Part shown: positions 46,372 through 61,300 of the stretch, one piece after another
How the letters are laid out: each line of letters begins with the position of its first letter
Numbering within the stretch: the stretch's first letter is position 1
Translations under genes and position numbers: made by a program
The notes under the pieces: model-generated
What the model was told of the DNA's origin: nothing
Database searches by the model: none
The model's input: only the letters and a program-made list of their open reading frames with translations
Assembly: GCF_023055435.1 (NCBI RefSeq)
Contig: NW_025964372.1
Span: 992,001 to 1,056,000 of the forward strand
Source of the DNA: Haliotis rufescens
Lineage: Eukaryota
Reading direction: 5' to 3'
Length of the DNA: 64,000 nucleotides

Positions 46372-49300
46372 ATGTTTAAGAAGCTGTTTCTATTCACCTT
46401 ACTTGGCTGCGTAAGTTCGTCATTGGGTCAAGAGGATGCCTATCTTGACATGGAAGGAAACCATGGCCTATTAAAAGAGAATTTCGAGTCTCAAAGTATT
46501 ATTAATCTAGTCAGAGATATAGCTTTTAAGAAATTGTTTAGTGTTCGTGACGAACAAAATGTGAACAAAGAAAGCAAGACCATTCTCAGGGGAGAGTTTG
46601 AGGAAGAGGCTGCGAATGCTCCAGTGGAAGAAAATCCCCAGGAAGTTGCTAATCTCCGCCAGATGCTAGGGATTCTTCAGGACACACAAGATGTCTGTAT
46701 GAACCATACCCAGAATGTGATCACTGGTATTATGGAAAATAAAGAATGGGCTCTGCAGAGTAAGTACATTACATATACTAGTACATGTTACAATTTTAAT
46801 TACGAACAAACTATGGCAGCTGGAAATGTGCATTTCATTAAGAAAAAACTCATAGTAACCATATTCAATCGTTAATCTTAGCTTTTGGCCTAGCGTGTTG
46901 CTCCCAGAGTGTCATGTGAAACAACAAAGAAACATATTTACAGGGAATACAAATATGCTGTACTATCGGGTGATTATCGCACCCAAGCGATAACTGCACT
47001 ACTCATATCCACGGTTATCGCCATATAAACTAATGCAGAATCGCTACATGCAAAGCATGGATGTGACCCGTAGGGATTCCGCGTTAGAATGGGCCCAAAC
47101 ATGGCCTGATACACAGACGACGTCATGATGATACATACAACGAAGCAATGACGACACATTCTAACCATCGATACAACTCAACGTTCGCTAATAATCAAGT
47201 TTTGATCTAACAACAAAATCCCCCAACATGTTAAGATTGAAATATCCCGGTAAACAATGATTGGGTAACCCCTATAGGACCTGAATTTCGTGATGAACGG
47301 ACAAATGCATGCTGTCATGGGCACGAGGGGCTTGAAAACCTGTGTTTGGGTGTATCGTGACAGAATCGTTGCTCATTATCATAGATCACAACAGCATTTG
47401 CTTCTGAGGATTGCAAGAGAATGTATTTATGTCCCCTCAGAGTCAAAGTGTGTGAGTTGGGTTTAATGCCGCTTTTAAGAATATTCCAGTTATATCACGG
47501 CGTGTCAGCTTAATGTGAGAGGAAAGCCCGAAGAGATGCAGGTCTAAGACGTTTACCACTTCGGTGAAACCCATGACCTCATTATTGTGCTGACAAGCCT
47601 AGAAACATAATTGGGGGCGTACCGGGATTCGAACCCACAATCATAGGTTTCTGGCGTGACCAAGGGACGCAACTCTACACAGCGAATCGCGGCGCCTTTG
47701 ATGACTGGGCCACCCGTGCCCACTCAGCGTCAAAGACGTATGAGGGTGGAAGAATTAGGCAGATGCATGGGAATGCTTGAACTGGGTCAACACAACGTCA
47801 TGTTGCAAACTGCTTTGGTGTCAGCCAAAGTGTGATCGGCAGGGCATGCAGGCGATCTTCAACCACACAGCGGGAAGACAGGTTTCTCCTCATTGCAGCA
47901 CGTCATCATCACTTCGTGACTGCCACCTCACTCAGGGGAACGCCAAGAGGTCCTCTCATTGAAGCTGGTATCCAGTCACCTCCGGGCGACATCACAGGCA
48001 GGCACATTTGGATTGGGCTGAAGATCACGTCGCTTGGAAAGACCAGGTCTGGGTTCCAGTACTTTTTCACTGATGAAATACTAGATAATGTCTAGACTTC
48101 ACTGGTCGTCTTACCCTCGTGTGGTGTAGACAAGGAGATTTCAGGATTCCAACGTAGCCGAACATGACCGCTATGGAAGGGGCCCAATCGTGACATGGGA
48201 TTGGATCAGTAGAGCTGGAAGAACCGATCTCCATGTCCTACAGCGAGGCACGATGACACCAGTGTGTGCTTCAGGGATCTGGATATTTCATTAAACATGT
48301 CACGCAGTATTGTCTCGGGCTATTTCAGTAGATGCTTATGGTGATCCTTAGCTAACATTGATTGTTATATTTTCCAGAACAGCTTCTGGTTAAGAATTTC
48401 TGTGTTTGACAGTTTGTTTGCTGTTAACACCGCACTGAGCAATATTCCAGGTATGGAGAAGAAATCGAATCTGAACCAGGCAGGTCAGTGATGGATATCA
48501 TCAGCACACGACTGTGAAGATCCAGGTTAGAATTGGTCATCAGCAACCCATGCTTGTCGTAAAGAGGCGACTAACGGAATCGGCTGGCAACGCTCGCTGA
48601 CTTGGTTGATGTATGTCATCGTATCCCAATTGCATGGATCAATTCTCATGATGTCAAGCACTGGATTGTCTGGTCCAGATTCGATTATTTAGAGACCTCC
48701 GTCATATCGCTGAAATACTGCTGAGTGCGGCCTTAAACAAGAATCGATCAATCAATCATTCAAGCACTGGTTAATTATATCGTATCTGCAAGGTATGCAT
48801 ATGTTTCTCACGCACAAAAGATTCGTATTCATGATGTTGGCAGTATTGGACTCCAACCCGGCTTCAACGCACTCTGATATTTGACCACTGGTATATTCAC
48901 AGTGTTGGATGCTTTTGGTAAGCCTGGCAGTGCCATTCTCAAGGGAGAGCTCACCTGGCTGGGATCATTTGATGAATGTCTTGGAGTCACAACCAACAGG
49001 ACTGAGGTGGATTTCGGTGCCACGTATTGTAGAGCTCTCCTGATGCCCCCGAATCAGGTAGGAGATGTACTGTTTAATACTTGAGAAACATGTCAAAATA
49101 CCAACACTTTGTCAATGTATGTCCCACTACTTCATGGACATTACATGTGAAATAAATTCAATAAATCATTAATTCCACATGACAAGGTTGATTTATTGTT
49201 TCAAATGCACAGGGAAAACGATTTCAAATAAATGAAGAAAGGAAATCAGTTGATACATTCTTTTGCTATTTTAGTTACAAATATTTTCGTTCCATATGGT

Positions 49301-52300
49301 TGAAAATCATAGCAGAAAAGGGTTAGTGAGTGGGTATTGGTTTACGTTGCAATATTCCAGGTATATCACGGTTAGGGAGCACCGGAAATTGAACAAAATA
49401 TTGTAACAGCTGGCCCTCGACAGCCTGCGCCCTGGAACAGGAACTCGCACTACCAGTGATTAGTCTGTCTTGATTGTCTTAGAATATGTTGACAGGGGCT
49501 GCTTTCGATGGTTCAAGCTTGGCAGCAGGCAGGCTAGAAAACTACAAGTATACATCATGCTTCAGGAAACGCCTGGCACTCTGTGTGAGATATACTACAC
49601 GTTCTCCTGAACATACAAGTGAGCATGGCGTCAGCTTTGCTGTCAACTCACTGCGCAGAACGATAGAGCTTGGCAAGAATGGAACAGAGAGACTATTGTC
49701 CCTCCGATTCCTCACATCCGATATGCCTCTAACCCTCATCAGTGTGTACGTTCCTGACTTTCGCTCAAAACACGAGGTGAAGGATGAGTTCCAGTTCTAC
49801 GTCCAGCTCCACACTGATATGAAGAGAATCGCCACTCAAGAATAGCTGCTAATCTTTGGCGATTTTAATGCAAGAGTGCGTACTGAGCACATAATTTGGT
49901 TCAGAAAAATATCTGAATATACTTAATATCTCTAAATTTGGAAATTGTCTTGCAAAGCTAATATGCAGAAACTGACACTAATAGGCGAAACGATCAGTGA
50001 CAGGCAAGCAGATGAAGAGAGTAATGGAGGAGCTGGATAAAGACTCCTCGGTTGAGGAGCTGAGCAAGAGTATCTGTTTTGAGAGTAAGCACTCAGAATT
50101 GATCCCTCCAAAGGCTGACAACTGCAGAAAGGGACTCCTGCTAATCCACCTGTATGAACTTCTCTGCCAGTTTGGGGAAGAGGGAGCTGTGTCACAGGAC
50201 TTGATAGACTATGCAACATTGTCACCTTGTAGAAGAAGGATGATAGAATCAATTGTAACAACTGCCACAGGAACTCTGTCCTGAGCATCACCGGAAAGCT
50301 CTTCGCTTGTGTGGCCTTGAACAGATTACAGAAACTTGCTGAGAATATGTATCCCAAACCACAGCATGGATTCATGGCAGAACGACCCACAGCTGACATG
50401 GTCTTCACACTCCGACTGCTGCAGGAAAAGTGCAGAGAGCAGAAGCAGCAAATCTATGTCTCCTTCATCAACCTCACAAAAGCCTTCAGCCTTGTGAGCC
50501 GTGATTGGCTCCTCAGCATGTTCCAGTCATTGCATAATGAAAGGCACCATGCAATTTGACGGCTCATACACTGAGGCTTCCAACACCAACAGTGGAGTAA
50601 GGGAGGGCTGTGTACTTGCCCCTACCCTGTTTGTAAACTTCTCAGTGATGCTGAAACACGCCTTTGAACCCTCGACCACCCACTGAAAATGTGATGGGTA
50701 GTTCTTCAATCTGGCTTGCCTGTAGGCTAAATCTAAAGTGCGTAAAGTCCGAGACCCGGTCAAGGTTGTTTTCTGCTGATCCTGCATCCCGAGCACATTA
50801 GACCCTCTCCTCCAGATATGAAAAGAAACACAATACCTTCCACGTGCGCATCATGAAACGCATCCTCGGAATTAGCTGCAGTGACCAAGTCACAGAAAGC
50901 TGGAGTTCTTTCCCACGCCGCAAACCTGAGTCTCTTCTCTCTGCTCCAACATTGGCGATTTCACTTGCCTGGCCACGCTACAAAAAACTTCAGGGTCACA
51001 GGACGTTCCTGAGATTGACGGATGCCAACGAATAAAGAAAATTAAAAAGACATGACCACCCTGTACAGAAGATTCTATTAAAGTGTATAATACAAAGTAC
51101 CTGTTTATGTCAAGTTAAATAATTGATTTCCTAAACTATAGAAACACAAATGCTGATCTCAAACCACAATTCCGGCCCGCTTACGATTACCACAGCTGAA
51201 AATCCAATGGTCGTTCCGAAAACCTGTTTTGATCAAGGAGCAAAGTTTAGTAGTTGCAATAAGAATGTATTGATACTCTGGTGATTAATTCTCGACACGC
51301 AGTGACGCTCTTGACTTTTGTTTTACTTCAGACGAACCCGATGAATCCCACCCCGACATACATCACCCTCGGGATGTGCATGCCAGATTCCTGCTCTGGG
51401 CAAGACGTCACAGCCATCGCTAACGGCCGTAAACTATCACCTTTTCTTACTCCATGCTTTAAGGCCACGAAAGGCTGTTTTACAAAACTGTCGTAACTTC
51501 TTCTATACTTCAACGTAGACTGCTTCATCCTTCCATGCATGCATTTTCACCTTGGTTCACTGCAATCATATAGGTAAACTCGGGCAGCATTGTGTTCATG
51601 CATCACTTGCTGGGTATCTAATTGTATATCTATGCTATGAACCATAAGAAAATTTGTTTCTTAGTTTCGCTCGTCACATTTTATGCAGTCGGATCTAGCG
51701 TTACATTGATACAGTGAGTGAGTGTAGTGTTGCGCCGCTTTAAGCAATATTCCAGCAATTTCACACCAAAAATGTGCTTCACACATCGCATCCATGATGG
51801 GACTCGGACTCTGGCCTTGGGTGTGACGAGCGTACTCTTTAGCCACTAGGCTTCCCCACCGCCCGATCTAGCACTCCAAGGATTACAGTAACATGATGCA
51901 ATATCCCTCTTCCATTGCTTCCAGGGTATGATAACGAAGATAATACATGATCATGAAATATGCCGAATGGCCCCTAAATTATCTCCGTTTCGGTTATTTA
52001 TTAACTGGACCTTTCTTTGTTATCAGTGCTGATGTCTCAGAACATATCCCTTCTGGCAAGTGTTACCTGTTATGAAAAGGACAAGCCCCTTGACACTGAC
52101 GCCATTGTTGCCATGTAAGTAACAGGTATCTTTCAATCTCCTTAAACCTATCTATTTTACTCCAATACGATACCTTTGTGTGAAGATCTGACAATCTTTA
52201 CATTGGAGGTGGTGTCGGGTGAGCTTTCTAATCAATCAGTCCGCGTCCAGGATTCTATATACTCTGTAGAAACGAGCCAAACATTTAGAGCAAAATATCT

Positions 52301-55300
52301 GATTTCTGCATCTCGAAAACAAACATATACGGGCAGTTCCGAATATGGAATGGAATACATTAAAACTCATTCCGCTGTATTGTTGTGGATCCTGTCATAT
52401 CTGTCGCCTACATTGACAACAGTGTACTATCTGAGTAACATTTGTCTTCTGTGTGTTTTTACTTTTGTTTAGATCGAAGTGGTGAAGAAATAAAGCCGAA
52501 TCGTGTTAGAAAGCTGATAGTTGATTAACTCCATCTTCCCGAGGCAAGGAAGAACTGACTTTAAAAGTCCAGTTTCCGCCCTTGCCAAACTCGGCTGGAA
52601 TTATGGAGTTATATTTTGGCTGGACAGAAATTTCATCCTAGTTCGGCAAGGATGGAACGAAGACTTTTTTAGTCTGTTGACTCCCTTGCCTCGGGAAGAT
52701 GATTGGCTTAAGAACCAGTGCATGTACTATAAAGATGAGTATGAGAAACAATGCCCAAACTATGCATTATAAAGAACAATATTCAGACCATTCATTATAA
52801 GAATAAATATTGATACCATGCATTGTAAAGAACAATATCACTCCATGCATTATAAGGAACAACACACATACCATGCAATGTATTCATTGACCACATCGGA
52901 GATTCCGGATCAGGATTTACATGTGTATCAAATAGCAGACATTTAAAACTTGACTTTCTGTATCTCTTCACGATGATATTGGTTCGTTCTAGTGTCATCT
53001 GTTCAATATTTGCGTTGCTGGTCGTACTTGGAACCGGATATGACGTCATTTTCATTCAAATGCGCAAAGATGAAATTTCGAAATCAAGTTATAAACACGC
53101 AGGGGCGTCGACAACCGCTGATCGCAGAGAAACGGTTGACTCAGAAAAAGTCCCTTTGCTGTCGGAATCAACTTCTGTGAGCGTTGAAGATGCTGAGGCC
53201 ATACAGGAAGATGAAAGAAGTCGTAAAACCGCCGGCCGAGAAACCATCTATAAACCACAAGACAAAGCATCGGGTAATATTTTGAGACTAAACCGTACAT
53301 GTGAAATCTTCATTCTTCATTGGGTTTGTTTGTTGCTTGAATCGACAAAATTTCACATACGTAATTGAGTCTGGACCAGACAAACCAGTGATTGATAGTA
53401 TGAACAGCGTTCAACGCCCTCAGGATACGAAGATCCACAATCAAATGAGCCACTGAGCCTTCTTCACGCGTGTGCTTTGTTTGAATCTGTGTTTTTTCGC
53501 ATGTCATCACCAACGCATCATAACAGACTTATGCTGCAAAATAAACATTGCATGCATGTCAGCTTAGCACTATTTCGTATTTTCTGTTAGATGTAGGTAA
53601 ATGGGACACGCTAAAACACTATACGCAAAACAAAGTAAAATCTAGAACTACATTATAAAAATTGTAAGTGTGAAGTGACATTGTGCATAGTTAAGAAACA
53701 CACGGCCCAGGAAACCGTATATACAAATTGTAGACAAACTGTGTACTGTGTGTTAATGATAATTTATGGACTTTGACAAGCGTACTATCCTACAGGTAGA
53801 TTTCGTTTGCGATAGTATGCAAGGCAAGTGATATGATCAACTTGTACTGAAGTCATAGGTTGTCAAACGATTTTCTAGAAGGATAATTATTAATTATTAC
53901 AGAAAGTATGTTCCCTCATAGGCCTAAACAACAGACAGAATAAGACAAATGCGACCCGTTTTAATTGTTTAGCTTAGCTGACTGAAATTTAGTGTGCTTA
54001 TATCATGACCTGTTTTTCCACAGTCGTAAACATGTCAGAAAGCACTGGACCCATGACGCTGAAACTGCACATACTTGTTCCCTCCAATGATGACACCCCA
54101 ATTTGTTCACAAGGTTCAATTCAATCCGAGGTTCAATATGGCCGCCACGGCATCCATATTGAAAAAACATTATCATGGTCTTAAATCATTTATGTTAAAA
54201 ACTTGGTTTATGTAAACTTAGTAGTGGGACTCAACACATATACGCTTTATTAAATTCTCTCATAATGTATATTTCGCAATGTTAACTCAGAAATTGCAAG
54301 ACTGAGGAAGGTAAAAGATGTCATGTCTGTTTCTTCTCTTGATGATTTTTTTCTTCAAATCATAAAGCTTTTGGTGTTAGTCCCTTGTTCTCAGTATATC
54401 AGAACAAAATATTTGCAGATAAATGCTGATGGCATTTTTCATTAAGTGGCTGAATGTGTTGATATTCAAAAGGATGTCTACATACCCAGCTGTGTTTTTT
54501 GGTGAAAGCTGTTGTAAGCATTCCCTGTCTACAGAACAACCTTGGGTGTTTGGGTGTTAGCTGCTGTTAGCATTCCCTGTCTACAGAACCACCTCGTGGG
54601 TTTGGGTGTACGCTGCTGTTAGCATTCCCTGGGTTTGGGTGTAAGCTTCTGTTAGCATTCCCTGTCTTCAGAACCACCTCGTGGGTTTGGGTGTAAGCTG
54701 CTGTTAGAATTCCCTGTCTACAGAACCACCTCGTAGGTTTGGGTGTTAGCTGCTGTTAACATTCCCTGTCTACAGAACCACCTCGTGGGTTTGGGTGTAA
54801 GCTGCTGTTAGCATTCCCTGTCTACAGAACCACCTCGTGGGTTTGGGCGTAAGCTGCTGTTAGCATTCCCTGTCTACAGAACCACCTCGTGGGTTTGGGC
54901 GTAAGCTGCTGTTAGCATTCCCTGGGTTTGGGCGTAAGCTGTTGTTAGCATTCTCTGTCTACAGAACCACCTCGTGGGTTTGGGTGTAAGCGGCTTTTGG
55001 GATGCTAATGACGTCACTCATTGAATTGTCTGGTCCAGACTGAATTATTTACTGACTGCCGTCATATGACAGGAATATAACAAACAAACAAACATTATCT
55101 ATCTACAGAACCATCTCCCGTGAACGCGGTTGTTCCCATTATCTATCTACAGAACCATCTCCCGCGAACTCGGTTGTTCCCATTCTCTTTCTGCAGAACC
55201 ATCCCAAAGACTGGGGATTAAAATGTTGGTGTCATTCTCTGCCTACACAAATGGAGCAAAGATCCTGGATACGAAACAAGCAGCGGGGAGCCTGACAGCT

Positions 55301-58300
55301 GTCCATGGCATCCGGTTCCTCAGCATGACGTGGGTCATTCTGGGACATGCCTTCTCAACTCTTATGACCATGGGCTGTAAGTGCCATGTGTTTTCACTGT
55401 TTTCACTGTTGTAAAAAACAATTTGTACGGCTCCTCTTTTCAGAGAAAAATGTCTTGAAACGGAAAAGAATTGTGTGTGACAGAGGATTAGGCTTTGTTT
55501 CCTTTTTAAGTTGTTAACCGAAGTTAATTGTCTAAGGATATAAAGACAGAACAAATGTATGGTGTGCAGTTACCTTGGCCCAGAGACTTGTAAAATTTTC
55601 TCTTGAAGATGGCAAAATCGGTCTTTTTAGCTTTTTTTCAGACATGTTTGTGTGCTTAACAAAATGCAAGTCACACCTCGTCCTTTTGGTAATCCGGACG
55701 ATTTCAGTCTGACGTCAGTTTTGATGATATTTCTCTTTATCATCCAAAACTGGCTCCTACAGGAGATATCGCTTGGATGAGATCAATGAAATTACATTAC
55801 AATGCTTTGCAGACCATTGTGACATCACTGGTTACCATGACGCCACAATCAAATGACATCACAAATGGCTCTGCTACTGAAGCTGTTAGCAGTACTTTTT
55901 ACACTGAAGACACTGCTAATTACTGTCTACAAATTGAAAAAGTTTGAAAAATGATGTTGGATGATAAATAAAACCTCACCCTCGTGTCTTTTGATATCAA
56001 ATAAATCAACACTCGTTGATAAAAGTGGCAAAAACCTTGGCAAGCCTCGGAATTTTTCCACTTTTATCAACTCGTGTTGATATACTTGATATCAAAAGAC
56101 ACTCAGGTGAGATTCCCTTTGTACTTATCGTATCAACTTGCATTGTCATATATTCTTACTGAATTTCTGTTGCATGAATCATAATATCATTCTGTTAACT
56201 TTTCGTTTCCATAAAACACGGAGATATGGCTCTCTCTTTCAGCAAATCGTGCCCCCTTCATCCAGGAGAATGTCAGCAGGTGGACATTCCATGGAATCCT
56301 CAATGCTCTCGTATCTGTCGACACATTCTTCACATTAAGGTGATGCGACTCAAGCAATCATTAAATAACATATATTAGCGACATTCGAATTATCGCTGTT
56401 TCATTCATAGTAAGTGTTTGTTCGTTTGTTGTTTAACGCCGCACTCAGCAATATTCTAGTTTTATGACGGAGGTCTGTAAATAATCAAGTCTGGACCAGA
56501 CAATCCTTGATTGATATCATGAGCATCGATCTACTCAGTTTGGATACGCTGGGGGTGGGGTGGGGGGGGGGGGGGGGGGTACCATGCCGCAGTTTAACAT
56601 GAATGCCCCACTAAGACACAGTATACTGACTCCGAGCCGACCAGTCCTTGTTTTAGCCCCTGATTGCCGAGCGCCTGACAGGGTAACAACAAGTACCATC
56701 TTGTAACGTCTTTTGGTATGACGCGGTCGGGGATCGAACCCCGGACCTTCCGCTCTCCGGGTGGACGCTCTACCACTAGACCACGGAGGCGGTAACCGTT
56801 ATAGAGTTGAAAGATTGCTGAGTGCGGCTTTAATAATCTAAAAACAGAACTTTTCACCAATATTTTATTGAACTTCCTTTCGTTTCTTGACCAGTGGACT
56901 GCTTGTTGCCTATCTGGCCATGAAGGAGCTGAAGAAAGGACGGGGGAAACTAAACTGGGCCATGTTCTACTTCCACAGATTCTGGAGGTAGGCATTAAAC
57001 AACTGTTGTACACCCCTGTGAGGAACCCAATAGGTCTCCACAACCCTAAGCTTACTTACGCGTTCGGTTCATCATTTTCATGTGGACAGATATATTCACT
57101 TAAAAACATGGCAGCTCTGTAATAGGGCTGGGAGAGGTATCTCGGGTACCCGGGTCGGGTGGGTACAGAGTAGGACCCGGGTACCAACAGGTCTACCCGG
57201 ACCCGTGATATATTGTCTCATGACTAAAATTATCTGGAATTTATGGTTACACTACAAGTCATTAATGTTCGCTTTTCTTTCTGACCATGCACCCATTCCT
57301 TCTGACTTTTCATATGGTTGAATAAGCATATAACTTAAGTGAACTTCAGTGTATGCATGACCAGATTGTTTAATACATGTATCTAAATACGTTTTGCCAG
57401 GGCTATGCTAAAAATGTTCCCAATAGGACATTTTGAGACATCTCCTGAGACCTAGAGTGGGTACCCGGGTAGGGTAGGGTAATAGGGGGGTGGGTACCCT
57501 GGTAGTTAATTTGGACTCGTCCCAGCCCTACTCTGTAACTTAAGCTACCGTTAAGGCAGGACACCTGGTGTCATCACTGATTTTCAATACCCCATGCATA
57601 TAATTTGCAGCACCTTTTAGCTCAATGGAATCTGTTTAGTCAAATACTGGCGACTGGCTATTCTCTGACATTGACGTTTATGTTTAAGAAAAAGAAAATT
57701 CAAGTATGCTTCATTAAGTGAGGAGAGGTGGGGTAGCCTAGTGGTTAAAACGTTCGCTCGTTACGCTGAAGACCCGAGTTCTATTCCCCACAAGGGTACA
57801 ATGTGTGAAGCCCATTTCTGGTGTCCCCCGCTCTGATATTGGTGGAATATTGCTAAAAGCGGCGTAACACTATACTCACTCACTCATGTAAGTGACTTAA
57901 ATGAAAGCTCTTAGATAAGTCTCACGTCTAAAAGAATGTATTAATAGCCGTCTTGTTGCCTGTAACGTCATATATTTCTTTAAATCACATCAACGTACTA
58001 AGAAAAAGTCCCACTATTATTATGAGGTCCTATTTTGGTCCACATGATTTGTGCTGAGAAAACTGTTAGAAATTGTTTTTTGAAAGTTATCAGATGTGTT
58101 CACATGAATGAGAATTAGTCTTTGTTCTTAAACCAGTTGGATGTTTGCGACTCGTGACAACACTACATGCACAGGTGATTGTAGAGGAAAGCGGGTTTCA
58201 AATATTTGAACAAGAGCAAGTCTTTGACCAAAGCTGATGTTCGTAGAAGATACAGATACTTAGATTTTTACTTGAAGTTCGAAATATCGGCCTCATTGTA

Positions 58301-61300
58301 GTCATATTCATCATTTGATCAGGTCAGAAGTATAAGATTTGCAAGTTCGAAAAGCAAAGAAGCCGCTTCTCCATTTGAACTGTCTGATAATTTTCAAACC
58401 ATTTTGACATTTCCAGGGGGCCAGAACGAGCCTCAATCCTAACTCGACCTTCAAAAGACCGAAATTATACAAGTCGTAGACGTTTACCTATTTAGAGAAA
58501 GTGCTGACACATCTAGAAACATTATTAGGGCGAATATGGGATTCGAACCCACCAGCATAAAGTCTATAGCACGCCGAATGGACGCAATCTGAACATAGAA
58601 TTCAGGCGCCTGAGACTATTGATCCATCCTTAGGCACGTGACTTTGTTTGAAATGTGCCTCTGATCACCCAGCACCCGTCACGATGTGTGAAACCAAGCT
58701 CATTATGAATATACTATGAATATTATTATTATGTACAGATTAAAATAGAAAATGCAGCAAAGAGGGTTTGGGTGGTCCTGTCACAGTCAGGCTGGTTACG
58801 CTCATCATCAGCTCAGGGCCCTTGCCCCCTCTACACGCAGCCGAGACAGCAGTGGTCGTTCAGACCTCTCCTTGAACAACTGAGTCTGGGCCGATTTGAT
58901 ATGGCACTTCGCTTGGTTGACACTCATGTCTGTACCGCCCAGCAGTACAGAACCATCAACAAAATCAACACCGACATTGAGATTATGTCCCACATCCTTG
59001 GCTCGTTTTAGAAAACTGTGGAATGCCTTGTTTTCATCATGAGTCTTGACATGCTTCAAAAGAGGATCATCAGACAAATAAATGTGTGCAAAAGTGCACA
59101 AAACAATTATATCATGAAGATCCTCCACATTAATCAAACCTCGCCCTCCCTGCATAATTGGTAAATATATGTGATTGAGGGAAGAGCGGGGGTGGTGGGA
59201 TCTAATGTCTGACATGATTCTTCGTGTGATGATGTCAATACCCTAAATTTCTTGTTTCGTCTAATCATCAACACCAAAGGAATACGAAAGGACGGGTACA
59301 GCATAAGTATTTGTGGCTTTGACTTTGTTGCGAGCGTTCAGCTCTGAACTCCAGATTTTCTTTAGTCTACATATGTACTCTGCCCGAAGTTTGCCCTTGA
59401 TATGGGCATTCTGGAGTTTGTCCCTAATCTGCATCCCTAAGTACGTATAGGCCTGACCTTCCCCAATTAAACTGACTGATCCTCGCTCTTCTACCTTGCC
59501 ACGTTTCAAATGAAGAATGTTGCATTTGTCGAGTCCAAAGGTCATGCCGATATCATTAGAAAAGGACTCAACAAGCAGAATTTGTTTTTAGTGTGGATCC
59601 TCTTTTGGCAATAAGTTCAAGGTCATCCATGTAAAGGAGGTGAGTAAGGAGTGTTGGGGATCTGTGCTTAGGAGGTCACGGGTGATAACCTTCCTCTTTG
59701 CTGAGCAAAAAACCTTTACGGTATTAGTGACAAACAGAAAAGCAAAGGACTAAAAGAATCGCCCTGAAATAGTCCTCTTCTGGTAGAAATGGGTTCCAAA
59801 TTCACCACCTGCCCCTGCGATTACATCTCAAGTTGAGTTGACCAGCAATTCATTAAAGACTTGAGTAAAACAAGTAGTCGCTCGGGGAAGTCAATACATT
59901 CCAGTGACCTCAAAATCCATTCGTGAGGTACAGAATAATTAGCTTTTGTGTAGTCTATTCAACACATTGAGAGGTTACGGTGGTAGGTTTTAGCCTCTTT
60001 AAGGGTCATTTTCTGAACTAGTAGTTGATCCTTACAACCCCAACATCCCTTTCTAGCTCATTTCTGCTCCATGTAAATAATGTCATTGGATGCGCAGTAT
60101 GATGACACAATATCTGTAAGACATCCTGTAAATTATTATTATTATTTGTATTATTATTATCATTATTATAGGTTGACTCCAGTTTACATGATGATGCTGA
60201 TGTTTTACACATGCCTGCTGCATTATCTCGGAGATGGACCTATTTGGCCTCAAACAGGTGTTCAGAAACAGCAGTGCAGAGACAACTGGTGGACCAACCT
60301 CCTTTACATTAACAACCTCGTCAACAGAAACGACATGGTAGTTAACATATCACACAAGGCGCCTGCATAAATATGGCCAATGTTTCTGTGATAGCCCATA
60401 AAGTGATCATTTAGAATGTTCCCCGTTTACTCAATGGTAGCTGTTGAGCGCTCTTTCCAAGCAAGAACGAGGCCGTTTAATGCCAGAACGAGGCTTATGT
60501 TGTCCTTCTATTTTTCGCGTCACATGTGGTAGAACTGTTTTATGGTTTTCTTTATTGACGAAGATTAGTACATGTATTTGATATATATACATGTATACTC
60601 AATAAACGCTTAAGAGGGTTTAAAGTCTACAAAATGTACCAATTAATTGTTAATGCTTGGTGCAACACGCGGGTCAATTGACAGGCTGGATTCCTGGAGG
60701 CTGGAGTGAATCATGCCCCCGACACCCACCACCCCCCTGTGAGAAATGACCTGACCCTGAGATTTTGTTTATCCTTCTGTGATACAACTTATTCTTTGAA
60801 AGGAACACCCAAACATATTTTTGGATCCTACAGTTCATGTTTTCATTATGTCATGTGATAATTTTTTTAGTTTTATATTGTAAACCCTAACCGGGTTAAA
60901 GCGTTCGTTCGGCACGCAGAAGGCCCGATTGGGTACAATGTGTGAAGTCCATAAGGGTGTCCTCCGTCTAGAAGGGACATAACTCGTAATAACCACTGGT
61001 GGCGCTACGGTCGAGCCCAGGAATTCAAGCCTAGTTCGGCAAGGGTGGAAACTGGACTTTTAAAGTCAGTTAACTCTCTTGCCTCGGGAAGATGATAAAG
61101 GTGTCCTCTGCCGTGAAATTGCTGGTATATTGCTAAAAGTGGCGTGTGACCATACTCTATACTCTATTTGAATCCCATGTTAATTGCACGTGTGGTTATA
61201 TATATATATGTGTTAAATCTTATGATTAATTAGCATAATAGGTAAGTCTTACTTGAAACTCAACTCATTGTTGTGGCTTTGACATGGATGTTAATGCTAG

